Below, piece after piece: positions 47,744 to 60,100 of a stretch of 64,000 nt of DNA. The translations under genes were made by a program, and so were the position numbers. The stretch's first letter is position 1; every line of letters begins with the position of its first letter. The notes beneath the pieces are model-generated. The model saw only the letters and a list, made by a program, of their open reading frames with translations, made no database searches and was not told the DNA's origin. The stretch comes from Phaeosaccion multiseriatum (Eukaryota; Protista; Ochrophyta, other classes): positions 2,294,001 through 2,358,000 of the forward strand of contig OZ218953.1 in NCBI GenBank assembly GCA_965112735.1, in the 5' to 3' direction.

Positions 47744-49990
47744 ATGAGGAAGGAAGCGTACCAAGCCGAGCCAGCGGGGGCTGTGGAAGATGGCCCGCTG
47801 CAGCAAAAGAAGGGGGGGGCGGAGAATCACAATCAAAACGAAGGGAAGAAGCAGCAGCAGGGTGCGATGGGCTACCCGACGCCTTTGACGAGCATCTTGA
47901 GCTCGGAGGGGAAAGTTGCGACACCGTGGACGTGCCTCGTCTGCTCGGAGACTAACAAGCACGAGGTTAGCTAGAGTAGTTGAGGAGGTCTTTTGAAGGA
48001 GAAAGTGGCTTGACATACTATGTGATATCCCCACCAGAGCAGGTCTTCAGACTTTTTGCTACCCCTTCGAAGAATGCCGAGATGGGCTGGCCAAAACCGC
48101 CTACCCTCCTTTCCTTGGTCATGCTTGTCTCCTGTACTATCCTCCCTTCAGGCCGCGGTGTGCTTTCTGTGTCGCCGGACGCGCATCCCCAAGTGGCTGC
48201 ACACGGAGAGCGGAAAACCTGCTGTGCCAGGTCAGTTGTCTAGTATGCCCATACAGCAGAGCGGACCAACGGATCGTGGACAGGCTGACCAAACGACTGA
48301 CAGGCAGGCAGAGAGACCGGGAGAGGGGGGGTGGAGGTGGCCAGCTTCGCGAATGGCCACAGCCGATTAGAGGGCGTCGACTGTCCTTTGTCATTGCTCT
48401 CTGCTTACCTCCAGTGAGGTGTTCAGATGCGTCCCAAAAGGCCTGTAGAAGGCAGCATCTTCTTTGTCCATACCATGCTTCTCCTGCCTATGCTTACTAT
48501 TGCTCGTCCAACAGGTGCTGTTATCCAGACGCCTCCGCGCTGCACGTCGCTGCCAATTGGGGACTGCCTCATGGTCGCACACTGCGTAGGCATCAAGCCG
48601 GATCTGCTGGAGACCCCTCCTTTGGCAGGCCCTCCCCGCCCACCATGTAGCATCGCTTGCTTTGGTATTGTCAGAAATAATGACATCAGCAGCCAGGAGG
48701 AGCAACCCGGACAGCAGGAGTGTGACAGCAGCAGCAGTAGAGCGTCTCTACTGGAGGTGGTCATCCCTGTGGAGGAGGTGAGATATGTGTATATGTGCAG
48801 GGTGACAAGAACGAATGAGAAGAAACTGCTAAATGCGCTTGTGTTTAAGGCTGCGAGAGCACCCGCTCTTCTCTCCACTTCGCTCTCACCCTTCCCGCTC
48901 CTCTCTTTCCCTTTCCCCTGCGTAGATTTCCTTGCTCACCGTCCTGGCAGCAGGCACGGAAGCCAACGCACAGGCCTATCGCCAATTCCTGAGCTTTGGG
49001 TTTTGCCCGCAGTGCACGCGCACCTTCAACATCCAAAACGGCCCGGGGCACTTGCTGATAGGTAGCACCTGTATCTGTGGACAGGAGACGGAAGTCGAGT
49101 GTTGCAACGAGCACATATGGAGGGCAGTAGGGGGAGGACTGGGAGGACTGAGATGCTTTTATTTTGCGTGTGCATATGTCTTTCCTCGTCGCGTGAGAGT
49201 GAGAGAATGCATTACGGAGGACCAGCGGTCATTTGCTTGCCCGCAATATGAGTCGACTTTCCACCACAAGTCAAACTCTCTTTCACTGGAGGAAGCTCTC
49301 TATTGCTCTCATGACCACCCCTGGGTTCCTCCTCTCCCTCGACTCTCTCCGTTGCTCGGCTCCTCTTCTCTCATACACTCTCTCTCTCTCTCTCTCTCTC
49401 GTGTATCTCTTCTTTCTCTCATATATTCTTTTTTCTCTTTATCTCTCTCCCTCTGTGTGTGTCTCCCCCCCTCTCCATCCCTCTCTGTATCCCATCACCA
49501 CCAACCGACCTATCCATCCAATCAACGCGGCAATGCCCAGCCTCGGAGCGGGCCGAGCTGAGCGCGTCACTAGCGAAGGTGGGGAAGCTTTTGGCCGATG
49601 CGTTTGTGAACAAGGCCGTGGCCAAGAACGGTGCGGTGGTGAACAAAGCAGAGGTCCTGCGATCAACGCAGAAGATCAAGGACCTTCAGGCGCAAGAGGA
49701 AAAGGTACACATGCAAGGAGTAGGTGGGCCAACGGGTAGCTAGTAGGGTCATCCCCTGAACGCGAGGATGACGTGGGTGCGTGCGTCGGTGCGAGCTCGG
49801 CCAGCCTGCATGCAAAGCAGACCAGCCAGCCCTGCCTGTGGAGCCCCACTGACGGTGAAGCGTCCTCCTCGCTCACCGCAGCCCCTCCCTTTCCGTGTTG
49901 CCCTCGTCTCCTCCTCCTCTTGATTGCGTAGATCAAGCGCCGACTGGAGAGGCCCGTCCTGAGCTGCCCTCACTGCGCGTGGAGGCCGTA
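47744..49990 (+). CDS. Hypothetical protein with RanBP2-type zinc finger and further Cys motifs, multi-exon
   Basis: Splicing joins WTCLVCSETNKHE to AAVCFLC, giving W-x-C-x2-C-x3-N-x6-C-x2-C. Later exons contain FCPQCTRTF..TCIC and SCPHCAWRP*. Middle exon structure uncertain. Confidence 0.55.
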
Positions 49991-51225
49991 GCTGCTGCCT
50001 GTTGTCGGCCTAGCTCGTAAGAGGAAGCCCTCACTACCTGTCTGGCACCGTGCGGCCGCCACCTCACGCATCAGGCTGCTATGTGAGCTGCAAGGCGGGC
50101 CTGCATGGGTCTTTCTCCGAGCAGATTTCAACCTGAGTGCGCTACAACAAGTGGCGAACGACACAGGCCTCGGGAGGTACTTTTCCACGGGAGCCCCGTC
50201 GCTCCCTACCTAGACACAAAGTGCCTCGGGAGCAAAGAGCAGACCCTGGCTGCTCCGCGACAGCCGACACGACGAACGGCTTCGTCACCGACCCATAGGG
50301 GGGGTGGGTGGTGGGCTCTGCCCGCTGAACCTGCCTGCCCTACTCCTTCCCCTCGACCGCGCTCTGGCTCCAACTCGCTGGGAGTGATGGTTGACTGTCC
50401 TTGAGCAGAGGTGTGGAGTGGCCGACTGCCCTGCTGCATCCCCCCCCCCCACCGGAGGGAGCCCGCGGAGCGGCCGAGAGCGAGAGAGAGAGGGCGAGCC
50501 CTGTGGCTAGACCATGGGTTCCAGGCGAGGTTTCTCTGGCGCCTGGCTTCTGGACCGTAGCCGCCTCCTGGCTTCGGGGCTTCTGGCCGCAGGCCAGACG
50601 GTCTGGCTTGCTTCTGGGCACTGGCTTCGTTCTCAGGCTCTGGCTTCCCTTAATGGGGGGGGCGGGGGGGGGGCTCTCGCTACTGTCCTGCTGGCTTCAG
50701 CAGGCCCAGCCCCTGGCTTGGCTTCTTGCTTTCGGCCGCAGGCCGCCTCTCGGCCGCTTCCCTTTTTACTGACTGGCTGAGAATGCCGTTTTCGAACAGA
50801 GCGAGTTTGCGAGGAGTCATAGTCTCGATAAACGTGTTTTCGGGCAGGGAGAGACAAGACACCCGGGGGGAGGGGGGGCGCGCAAGGGGTTGAGGCTTGG
50901 GGATAGGTGTACCACCGGGGTTAGAGGGAGTGAGTCGGATACGTGGGGCCGGATAGGCGTGGTCATTGTTGTTGGATGAAGAGGAGGAGGAGGCGTCGCG
51001 AGAGCAGCGGTGCCAGAGTAGTCGCAAGGGTAGAAGAGCTCATCGCGACGAGGAAGACAGCAAGGGTAGAGTTCACAGTCGGCTCCAGACTGGCCTAGAA
51101 GCCTAGGCCTAGAGACGAAATTCGGCCGGCCTAGGGGGGCCGCAGGCCCCCGGCCTAGGCCTAGAGGGGGCCGCAGGTCCCCGGCCTAGGCCTATTTTTG
51201 GCGCAGCCCCCCCGGCCTAGGCCTA

Positions 51226-51415
51226 TCGACCCTGGGCAAGATTACGGTGTGCGCCGGCCGTAACCAGTAATCAGCCCCCGGCCGGCGCAAAATCAGTAAT
51301 CAGGTCGGCTGGTCACCGGCTGTAAGCAACCAGACCGGCTGGCGCCGGTCGTAATCAGTAATCAGGCCGGCTGCGCCGGCCGTAATCAGAATCAGATGAT
51401 CTTGTCCAGGGTCGA
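51226..51415. mobile_element. MITE B copy 1 (190 bp), nested in element A
   Basis: TIR tcgaccctgggcaagat / atcttgtccagggtcga (16/17 match); internal TAATCAG repeats and GCCGGC palindromes. Confidence 0.88.
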
Positions 51416-53020
51416 CTCCCTCCCTCCCTCCCTCCCTCCCTCCCTCCCTCTCTCCCTCCCTCCCTCCCTCCCTCCCTCCTCCCTCCCTCCCTCCCTCCCT
51501 CCCTCCCTCCCTCCCTCCCTCCCTCCCTCCCTCCCTCCCTCCCTCCCTCCCTCCCTCCCTCCCTCCCTCCCTCCCTCCCTCCCTCCCTCCCTCCCTCCCT
51601 CCCTCCCTCCCTCCCTCCCTCCCTCCCTCCCTCCCTCCCTCCCTCCCTCCCTCCCTCCCTCCCTCCCTCCCTCCCTCCCTCCCTCCCTCCCTCCCTCCCT
51701 CCCTCCCTCCCTCCCTCCCTCCCTCCCTCCCTCCCTCCCTCCCTCCCTCCCTCCCTCCCTCCCTCCCTCCCTCCCTCCCTCCCTCCCTCCCTCCCTCCCT
51801 CCCTCCCTCCCTCCCTCCCTCCCTCCCTCCCTCCCTCCCTCCCTCCCTCCCTCCCTCCCTCCCTCCCTCCCTCCCTCCCTCCCTCCCTCCCTCCCTCCCT
51901 CCCTCCCTCCCTCCCTCCCTCCCTCCCTCCCTCCCTCCCTCCCTCCCTCCCTCCCTCCCTCCCTCCCTCCCTCCCTCCCTCCCTCCCTCCCTCCCTCCCT
52001 CCCTCCCTCCCTCCCTCCCTCCCTCCCTCCCTCCCTCCCTCCCTCCCTCCCTCCCTCCCTCCCTCCCTCCCTCCCTCCCTCCCTCCCTCCCTCCCTCCCT
52101 CCCTCCCTCCCTCCCTCCCTCCCTCCCTCCCTCCCTCCCTCCCTCCCTCCCTCCCTCCCTCCCTCCCTCCCTCCCTCCCTCCCTCCCTCCCTCCCTCCCT
52201 CCCTCCCTCCCTCCCTCCCTCCCTCCCTCCCTCCCTCCCTCCCTCCCTCCCTCCCTCCCTCCCTCCCTCCCTCCCTCCCTCCCTCCCTCCCTCCCTCCCT
52301 CCCTCCCTCCCTCCCTCCCTCCCTCCCTCCCTCCCTCCCTCCCTCCCTCCCTCCCTCCCTCCCTCCCTCCCTCCCTCCCTCCCTCCCTCCCTCCCTCCCT
52401 CCCTCCCTCCCTCCCTCCCTCCCTCCCTCCCTCCCTCCCTCCCTCCCTCCCTCCCTCCCTCCCTCCCTCCCTCCCTCCCTCCCTCCCTCCCTCCCTCCCT
52501 CCCTCCCTCCCTCCCTCCCTCCCTCCCTCCCTCCCTCCCTCCCTCCCTCCCTCCCTCCCTCCCTCCCTCCCTCCCTCCCTCCCTCCCTCCCTCCCTCCCT
52601 CCCTCCCTCCCTCCCTCCCTCCCTCCCTCCCTCCCTCCCTCCCTCCCTCCCTCCCTCCCTCCCTCCCTCCCTCCCTCCCTCCCTCCCTCCCTCCCTCCCT
52701 CCCTCCCTCCCTCCCTCCCTCCCTCCCTCCCTCCCTCCCTCCCTCCCTCCCTCCCTCCCTCCCTCCCTCCCTCCCTCCCTCCCTCCCTCCCTCCCTCCCT
52801 CCCTCCCTCCCTCCCTCCCTCCCTCCCTCCCTCCCTCCCTCCCTCCCTCCCTCCCTCCCTCCCTCCCTCCCTCCCTCCCTCCCTCCCTCCCTCCCTCCCT
52901 CCCTCCCTCCCTCCCTCCCTCCCTCCCTCCCTCCCTCCCTCCCTCCCTCCCTCCCTCCCTCCCTCCCTCCCTCCCTCCCTCCCTCCCTCCCTCCCTCCCT
53001 CCCTCCCTCCCTCCCTCCCT
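51416..53020. repeat. 1.6-kb nearly perfect (CCCT)n array between the two MITE B copies
   Basis: Direct observation; only a couple of interruptions near the left end. Confidence 0.97.
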
Positions 53021-53166
53021 TCGACCCTGGAGAAGATTACGGTGTGCGCCGGCCGTAATCAGTATTCAGCCCCCGGCTGGCGCATAATCAGTACTCAGGC
53101 CGGCTGGCGCCGGTCATAATCAGTAATCAGGCCGGCTGCGCCGGCCGTAATTACTAATCAGATAGA
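53021..53166. mobile_element. MITE B copy 2, same orientation, right TIR deleted
   Basis: Begins tcgaccctggagaagattacggtgtgcgccggccgtaa like copy 1; has several substitutions and lacks one ~30-bp internal unit. Confidence 0.85.
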
Positions 53167-53478
53167 GGCCTAGGCCTAGAACCGCCGGCCTAGGGAGAAA
53201 AAATGGCCGGCCTAGAGCGGCCAACGGCCGCCGGCCTAGGCCTAGAGCGGGCGTAGGCCGCTCGGCCTAGGGCCTAGAGCATAGGCTTCTAGGCCAGTCT
53301 GGAGCCGATCACAGCAGCAGAGTGTGAAGAGTGAGAGGAGCGACCCGCCCGGCCGCTTTACGGTTTCGCACCTCTTTCCCCCCTTTTTTTTGGACAGACC
53401 TGAAACTGACTGAAGAAGGAATTTTTGGCCCACCTGGAAACAGGAGAGAGAGTTTAGTGAAAGCAGCAAAAAATAAGT

Positions 53479-56400
53479 CACCCATACATTGGATGCAATG
53501 CTGCGGGACTTGGGACGGAATGTAGATTCTGCGGCTTCAGCATCTTTGATCCTTGCCCGGCAGCTGACGCATCGACGGGAGCCCCCTCCGCGGCACCTCC
53601 TTCTCCTGCGTCACCGACAAGCCCTCCAAGCAGCATCGCCACCTCCCCTTCTTCTCCGGCACCAACGCCTCCGAGCGACGCAGGAGGAGGAGACAGTTGC
53701 TCCGTACTCTGTCGGCAGGGGAATCCGGCGGAGCCTTGCTTCTTCGACCCCTCCTGTGCAAGTGGCGGTAAGTGACGTCATCACTACGCCAGCACCACCA
53801 GCCCAGCCATCCGCCAGTCACTGCCTGCCTGCCGGCCTGCTGCTGCCCTTGCTTCGCTCCTTCTCCCTCTAAGGCCTGACCTCCCCCCCCTCCCCGCCCC
53901 TCCTCCCCTATCCTGCTGCTCTCACTCTGCCTAAATGGGCATCCACAGGCATCGGGTGCAATGCACGGGGTTTGGGAAGGGATTGTAGGTTTTGTGGCTT
54001 CGGCATCTTTGATCCGTGCCCAGACGCCTCATCTTCGACCTCCCCTCCGACGCCTACTTCCGTGCCCGCCGCACCCACCACGCCTTCTGCTCCTGCGCCG
54101 ACAAGAGCCCCAAGCAATGCAGGAGGAGCAGGAGGAGTCGACGACGCCTGCTCCGCCCGCTGTCACTCCAGTGAACCATGCTTCCTGGATCCTCTGTGCC
54201 TGGACTGCGCTAGAGACCCTCGCTCTTGTAAGTAGTAGATTGTACGCCGCCGCCAGCCATCCTGATTTGTGTGCCTTCCTCACCTCGCCTTGCTTGCTTC
54301 GTTTTCATCATGTCAACGAGCGGCCGCTGCTCACCTCCTCCTCTCTCATCATCATCGTCATGTACCCCCCCCCCCCCTACCCGCATTCTCTTGATTCTCT
54401 TCAATGTCCATAGGCAACGGGTGCAATGCACGAGGATTGGGACAGGAGTGTAGATTCTGTAATTTCTCCTTCTTCCCGGACTGCCCAGTGGTCGCCAACA
54501 CGGTGACCCCGACATCGCCACCGACGCCAGCTCCAGTGGCCATCCCACCCACTCAGGTTTGAAGCGTATCCCCTCTCCGCCCTGGGCTCAGGTCTTCCTT
54601 GCCTTGCTTGCCTTCTTTCCTCTCTCCTCTTGTCTCCCATATAGCTACCTTCTTCCACTTCAACATCTTTAATCCTGGCCCGGCAGACAGTCCTCCTCTC
54701 CTTCCTTGGTACTTATTACCTCTCTCCTTCTTCTTTCGCCTCGGCTCCTCTCCATTCCTCTCCCCCTCTTGGTGTGCCTCTGACTGGGAAATGCATTATG
54801 CATCCATCATACTCCCATCGTCTGCTCTCCCGCTGGCTGTCCTGCCTGGGCTGGTGGTGCATCGAATCTCCCTCAGGCCCCAACCACCGTCACTCCAACC
54901 ACCACCCCTCCGTCTCCGGCACCAGCAGCAGCAAGCGCCGACACCACGACTGCACCCGCCCCCGCGCCCTCGACTTCAGTTCCGACTGCTGCTCCGACTG
55001 CGGTAGGTGACATGACGCGGTGCGCTTTTTTCCTTTTCTCTCTCCTCTTGTCTCCCGTATAATTATACCCTCCACACACCAGGATCTTTGATCCTTGCCC
55101 GGCAGACGACGATTCCTCCTCTCATGCATGTATTCATTCCGTGGTACGTTTTCTTGCTGTGCTTCTGACGCGTAATGCACGCATCCATCATAGCGAGGAG
55201 GGGAGGGGAGCGAGTGCCTCGTGGAGGGGGCGGAGTGCGCGGCATTATTCTTCGGCGTATCAGCTTGCTGCGGTGACGTGAGCGTCTTTGTTGGAGGTGC
55301 CGGCGGCTTCTGCATCGGCGGCACTTGCTCGGCGAGTCTTGGCCAAGAAGGGGAGAGCTGCGCGGGAGATGTAAAAAACAACTCCTGTGCCCAAGGCCTC
55401 TCTTGCATGGAGGGTAGCTGTGCTGCACCAGGAGGTATTGGTGAAAAGTGCGAGCTGGGCGACTTGTCCTTGTTGAACAATTCGTGCGAGGGAGAACTTC
55501 TCTGCATCGAGGGGACGTGCAGCGAGTGCCTCGTGGAGGGGGCGGAGTGCTCGGCATCCTTCTTCGGTGTATCAGCTTGCTGCGGTGACGTGAGCGTCTT
55601 TGTTGGAGGTGCCGGCGGCTTCTGCATCGGCGACACCACTAGCAACGCCCCCTTCATTGAACTTGGCACTTGCTCGCCGAGTCTTGGCCAAGTAGGGGAC
55701 AGCTGCACGGGAACCGGGACTTTAAACACCAACTCCTGTGTCCAAGGCCTCTTTTGCGTGGAGGGTAGCTGTGCTGAACCAGGAGGTGTTGGTGGCAAGT
55801 GCGAGGCGGACAATTTTAACGTCTTTACCAATACGTGCGAGGGAGAACTTCTCTGCATCGAGGGGACGTGCAGCGACAGCGAGTGCCTCTTGGAGGGCGC
55901 GGAGTGCTCGGCATTCCTCTTCTCCATCACAACTTGCTGTGGTGACGAGAACTTCGCTGGAGGTACCGGCGGCTTCTGCATCGAGGAAGACCTTGGCACG
56001 TCCGACGGCAATGGCGACACCACTGGCAACGGCCCCTTCAGTGGCAGTTGCTCGGCGAGTCGTGGCCAAAACGGGGAGCGCTGCTCGGGAGATGGACGTG
56101 AGATTAACACCAACTCCTGTGTCCAAGGCCTCTTTTGCGTGGAGGGTAGCTGCGCTGCACCAGGAGGTATTGGTGAGAAGTGCGAGCTGAACGAATTTGA
56201 TTTTAACAGTTCGTGCGAGGGGGAACTTTTCTGCATCGAGGGGACGTGCAGCGAGTGCCTCGTGGAGGGGGCGGAGTGCTCGGCATCCTTCTTCGGCGCA
56301 TCAGGTTGCTGCGGTGAGGTGAGCATCTTTGGAGGTGCCGGCGGCTTCTGCATCGGCGACACCACTAGCAACGGCCCCTTCATTGGCACTTGCTCGGCGA

Positions 56401-56606
56401 GTCTTGGCCAAGAAGAGGAGAGCTGCGCGGGAGATTTACGCAACAACTCCTGTGCCCCAGGCCTCTTTTGCATGGAGGGTAGCTGCGCTGCACCAGGAGT
56501 TGTTGGTGACAAGTGCGAGGTGACAACTGGCCGATTTGCGCCGATCAGTTCGTGCGAGGAAGGACTTTTCTGCCTCGAGGGGACGTGCTGCTGCGATTCT
56601 AGCTAG
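53479..56606 (+). CDS. Extracellular-type Cys-rich repeat protein with Pro/Thr/Ser linkers; 5'-truncated, possibly a pseudogene
   Basis: Three GCNAxGLGxxCRFCxFxxFxxCP modules on duplicated phase-1 exons, mucin-like linkers, then ORF 55221-56606 with four 14-Cys tandem units. No start codon, signal peptide or acceptor found for the first exon. Confidence 0.6.
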
Positions 56607-57120
56607 GAGGGGAGAGCAGAGTGCTCAGCCCTCTCCTGCGGAGCAGGTCAGCTTGCTGTGGTGATGTCACCACCCGGAGAGGTGGCGGCTTCAGTGTCGA
56701 CGAGGAGGACTTTCGCACGTCCAGCCACTTCCAATGGCAACGGGGAGCGTAAGGGAAGGCAGTAGACGTCTGGGATCGACTGGGAGGGACTGGCTTTGAA
56801 CGCGAGGAGTGAGCGGGAACGTGTCCAGCGTCATAGAGCAGGGGTAGGTAGCAGATGTAGGGGCGGCGGGGCGGTGTATGAGGTGGTTGAGAGGATCCAG
56901 CGAGGGAGGGGAGCGAAAAAAACTCTCCCACTTTAAGGTGCCATCCAATTTGGATGAAAATTTGGAAATTCTCCCACTCTTAAGGTGCCATCCAATTCTT
57001 TTTTTGGATCCGGCACAAAGAAAGCCTTGAAGAAAGGCAAAAGAGAGAGGAAGAGGAGAGCCTTCGGCTTCTCCGTTTGCTGTGCGTAGCAGCACGTGCA
57101 ACATGCGGTGGAGAATATGC

Positions 57121-60100
57121 ATGTTCACGGCCTCCATCATTGCATCAGCCCTCGCGACAGCCTTGGGCCTGCGGCCTCTCGCGCCACAGCCTTCTCTCAA
57201 GCATAGCGGCGGCGGCAGCAACAGCAGCAGCAGCCGCAGCCGCAGCAGCAGCACCAAGACTCGTAACTCAGGCACTTCCTGCTCGGGCTTCCCCCATCCC
57301 TGCGCCAGGCCCGCACTCGCCCCCCTCCCACGTCCCCAGGGGCTGGTGGTGCTGAGCAGCAGCGCGGACGGAGATGGTCCGGAGGGCACGCAGAAGGAGG
57401 ACCGCGTGCCAGAAAAAGGTCCACGCCGAGAACTCGTTCTGCAACGGCGTGTTCGAGGAGTGGCCAAGTTTCTGAGGAACAGGTTTCAACAAAAACAGCA
57501 GCTGCAGCAGCCGGAGGATACGACGCAGCAACAAGAAGAACCCCAGATGCCACAACAGCAACAGCTATCACAGGAAGAAGTACGACTGCAACAAGAGCAA
57601 GTACGAGAACAGGTGTATCAGCTACGTCAGCAGCAACAAGAAGTAGAGCAGGAGCAGCAGCAGCAGCAGCAGCAGCAGGAGAAGAGGTCATGGGCTATTG
57701 GTTCATCCTCCCCAGCGGCAAAATATCAAGAGTACGACAACTTACTTCGGCAAGGTATGAAGGGATCGAAGGCGCGGGAGGATGCGGAGATACTGGGGAG
57801 CCCAGAGGCACAGGCAGCACCCGCCCAGGCGGCAGCACCAGCAAGCCAAGCCTCAGCCGCAGCAACGCCGCAAGAAGAAGGTGCAGCTGCTGAGCGTGCG
57901 GCGCTGGAACTAAAGGAACTGAGGGTGGCAGCGGAGGAGAAGGAGAGGGAGATCCAGGCCGCGAAGATGGCAGCGGAGGAGAAGGAGAGGGAAGTCCAGG
58001 CCGCGAAGATGGCAGCGGAGGAGAAAGAGAGGGAGATCCTTGCTGTGAAAATGGCAGCGGAGGAGAAAGAGAAGGAAATAAATGCCGTAAAGAAGTCGGC
58101 GGCCTTGAAGGAGAAGGAAATCACTGTCGTGAGACAGACAGCGGCGGAGAAGGAGAGGGAAGCCCAGGCCGCGAAGATGGCAGCGGAGGAGAAGGAGAAG
58201 GAAATCCAGGCGGTGAAAAAGGCAGCGGAGGAGAAAGAGAGGGAAATACAGGCCGCGAAGATGGAAGCGCTGGATAGGCAGAGGGAGATCAATGCAGCGA
58301 GAAAGGCAGCGGAGGAGAAGGAGAAGGAAATCCAGGCTGCGAAGGTGGCGGCGGTGGAGAAGGAGAGGAAATTTCAGGGCGTGAGACAGTCAGCGGTGGA
58401 GAAGGAGAGGGCCATCAGGGCCGCAAAGTTGGCAGCGGAGGAGAAGGAGAGGGAAATCCAGGCCGTGAAAATGGCCGCAGAGGAGAAGGAGAAGCAAGTC
58501 ATGGCCGCGAAGATGTCAGCGGTGGAGAAGCAGAGGGAATTCCAGGGCGTCAAGATGGCAGCGGTGGAGAAGGAGAGGGAATTCCAGGCCAAGCTCGCGC
58601 GCTTGAAGACGGCGTGGGACAAGCAGAAGGAGGAGATGGAGGCCAGCTTCGCCGAGCAGAAAGCGGCCGCCTGGGAGCGGGAGAAGAAAGACAGGGCGGA
58701 GGCGCTGGCCCGGCAGGAGGCCGCAGCCTTGGAGAAGGAGAGGGTGGAGAAGGAAGCCTTCCTGGCCCAGCAGAGTGCCGCCGAGGCAAAGGCCGCTGCT
58801 TTGCAGAAGGAGAAGGAAAAGGCGGAAGCCACACTCGCCCGGCAGGTGGCGGCTCTCCGCATCTCCGAAAGGGACAAGGCGGAGAAGATGGAGAGTATCC
58901 GCGCCTACGAAGAGGACAGAGAGCAGCGCGAGATTGCTGTGCGGCAACAGATGGCGACGCTGGAGCTCAAACAGCAGGAGGAGAGGGCTTCTCTGAGCAA
59001 GGCCAAGGAGGAAATGCAGGCTCGCCTCGAGGCTACGGAGAGTAAGAAGGCAGAGCTGGAGAAGAAGAAGGCAGAGCTGGAGGAGACAGTGAGTTCCCTT
59101 TCGGATGCCAAGGGGAGCCTGGAGGTGGAAGGGAGGTCGAAGCAAGCCGCTCTCCAACAGGAGCTCGGCGAGATTCGCCTGGAGCTGGAGGCTGAGAAGT
59201 CCAAGTGGATTCAAGAGAAGGCCAATTCTGCGGCCAAACAGGAGCTCCTGCAGTCCCAAGTCGCCAAGCTGCAGGTCACGCTGACAGACACTCAGCAGGC
59301 CATGGAGACACAGCAGAACGAGGCCCTTGCTATTGAAACGGCGCGCCTGGAGATCCGCACGCAGCAGCAGGAGGAGCTTGCCAAAGGTCTGGAGCATCTG
59401 CGCATCTCCGAACAAGAGCAGGAGAAGCGAGAGACCGATCTGAAGCAGCAGATGGCGAAGCTGGGGCAGGAGGTGGAGGCGGAGAGGGTGGATCTGCGCA
59501 AGGCGAAGGAGGACATGCAGGCTCGCCTTGATGCGGCGGAGAAGAAGAAGGCAGAGCTGGAGAAGGAAGTGAGTGCCATGGCAGAGGCCAAGGGGAGTGT
59601 GGAGATGGAGGGGAAGTCGAAGCAAGCCGCTCTCCAACAGGAGCTCAGTGAGGTTCGCGTCAAACTGGAGGAGGAGAAGTCCCAATGGGTTCAAGAGAAG
59701 GCGGCATCCGCGACCAAGCAGGGGCAACTGGAGGCCCAAGTGGCGCAGTTGCAGACCAAGATGACCGAGGCGCAGCAGGCGATGGAGCTCCAGCAGAGCG
59801 AAGCCGTTGCGGCCGAGACGGCGCGCCTGCTCCTCCGCACGCAGCAGCAGGAGGAGGTCTCCAAGGTGCTTGACGCCAAGACGGCAGAGGTGGAAGAGAT
59901 GCAGGCGGCTTTCGCGGAGAAGGACAGGTTGCGAGAGAAGGCGGCGGTAGACCTGCGAGACCAAATGGCCAATTTGCAGGTCCTCATGGACAAGAGCAGG
60001 ACGCGCTCGCAGAAGACCATCGACGACTTGACGGAACAGGTGAGGGAGGAGTTGCGTCAGTGGCAGTGGCAGTGCCAAAAGTGGCTGGTGTCAGGAAGTA

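Larger units (their letters stand above)
51079..53308. mobile_element. Non-autonomous TIR element A with 6-bp TSD (TCACAG), carrying a nested insert
   Basis: Perfect 27-bp TIR TCGGCTCCAGACTGGCCTAGAAGCCTA; TCACAG at 51073-51078 and 53309-53314; many subterminal GGCCTAG repeats. Confidence 0.92.

Noticed and set aside
50400-51030. Protein-like minus-strand fragments (…TMTPRKLALFENGILSQ…)
   Set aside because: Broken by stops, no family recognised and no convincing exon structure; at most a decayed gene.
51396-53087. 563-aa ORF (PPSL)n
   Set aside because: Translation of the (CCCT)n array inside a non-coding transposon; no coding features.
54890-56512. 540-aa minus-strand repetitive ORF
   Set aside because: Antisense to the Cys-rich ORF, whose regular Cys spacing marks the + strand as coding.
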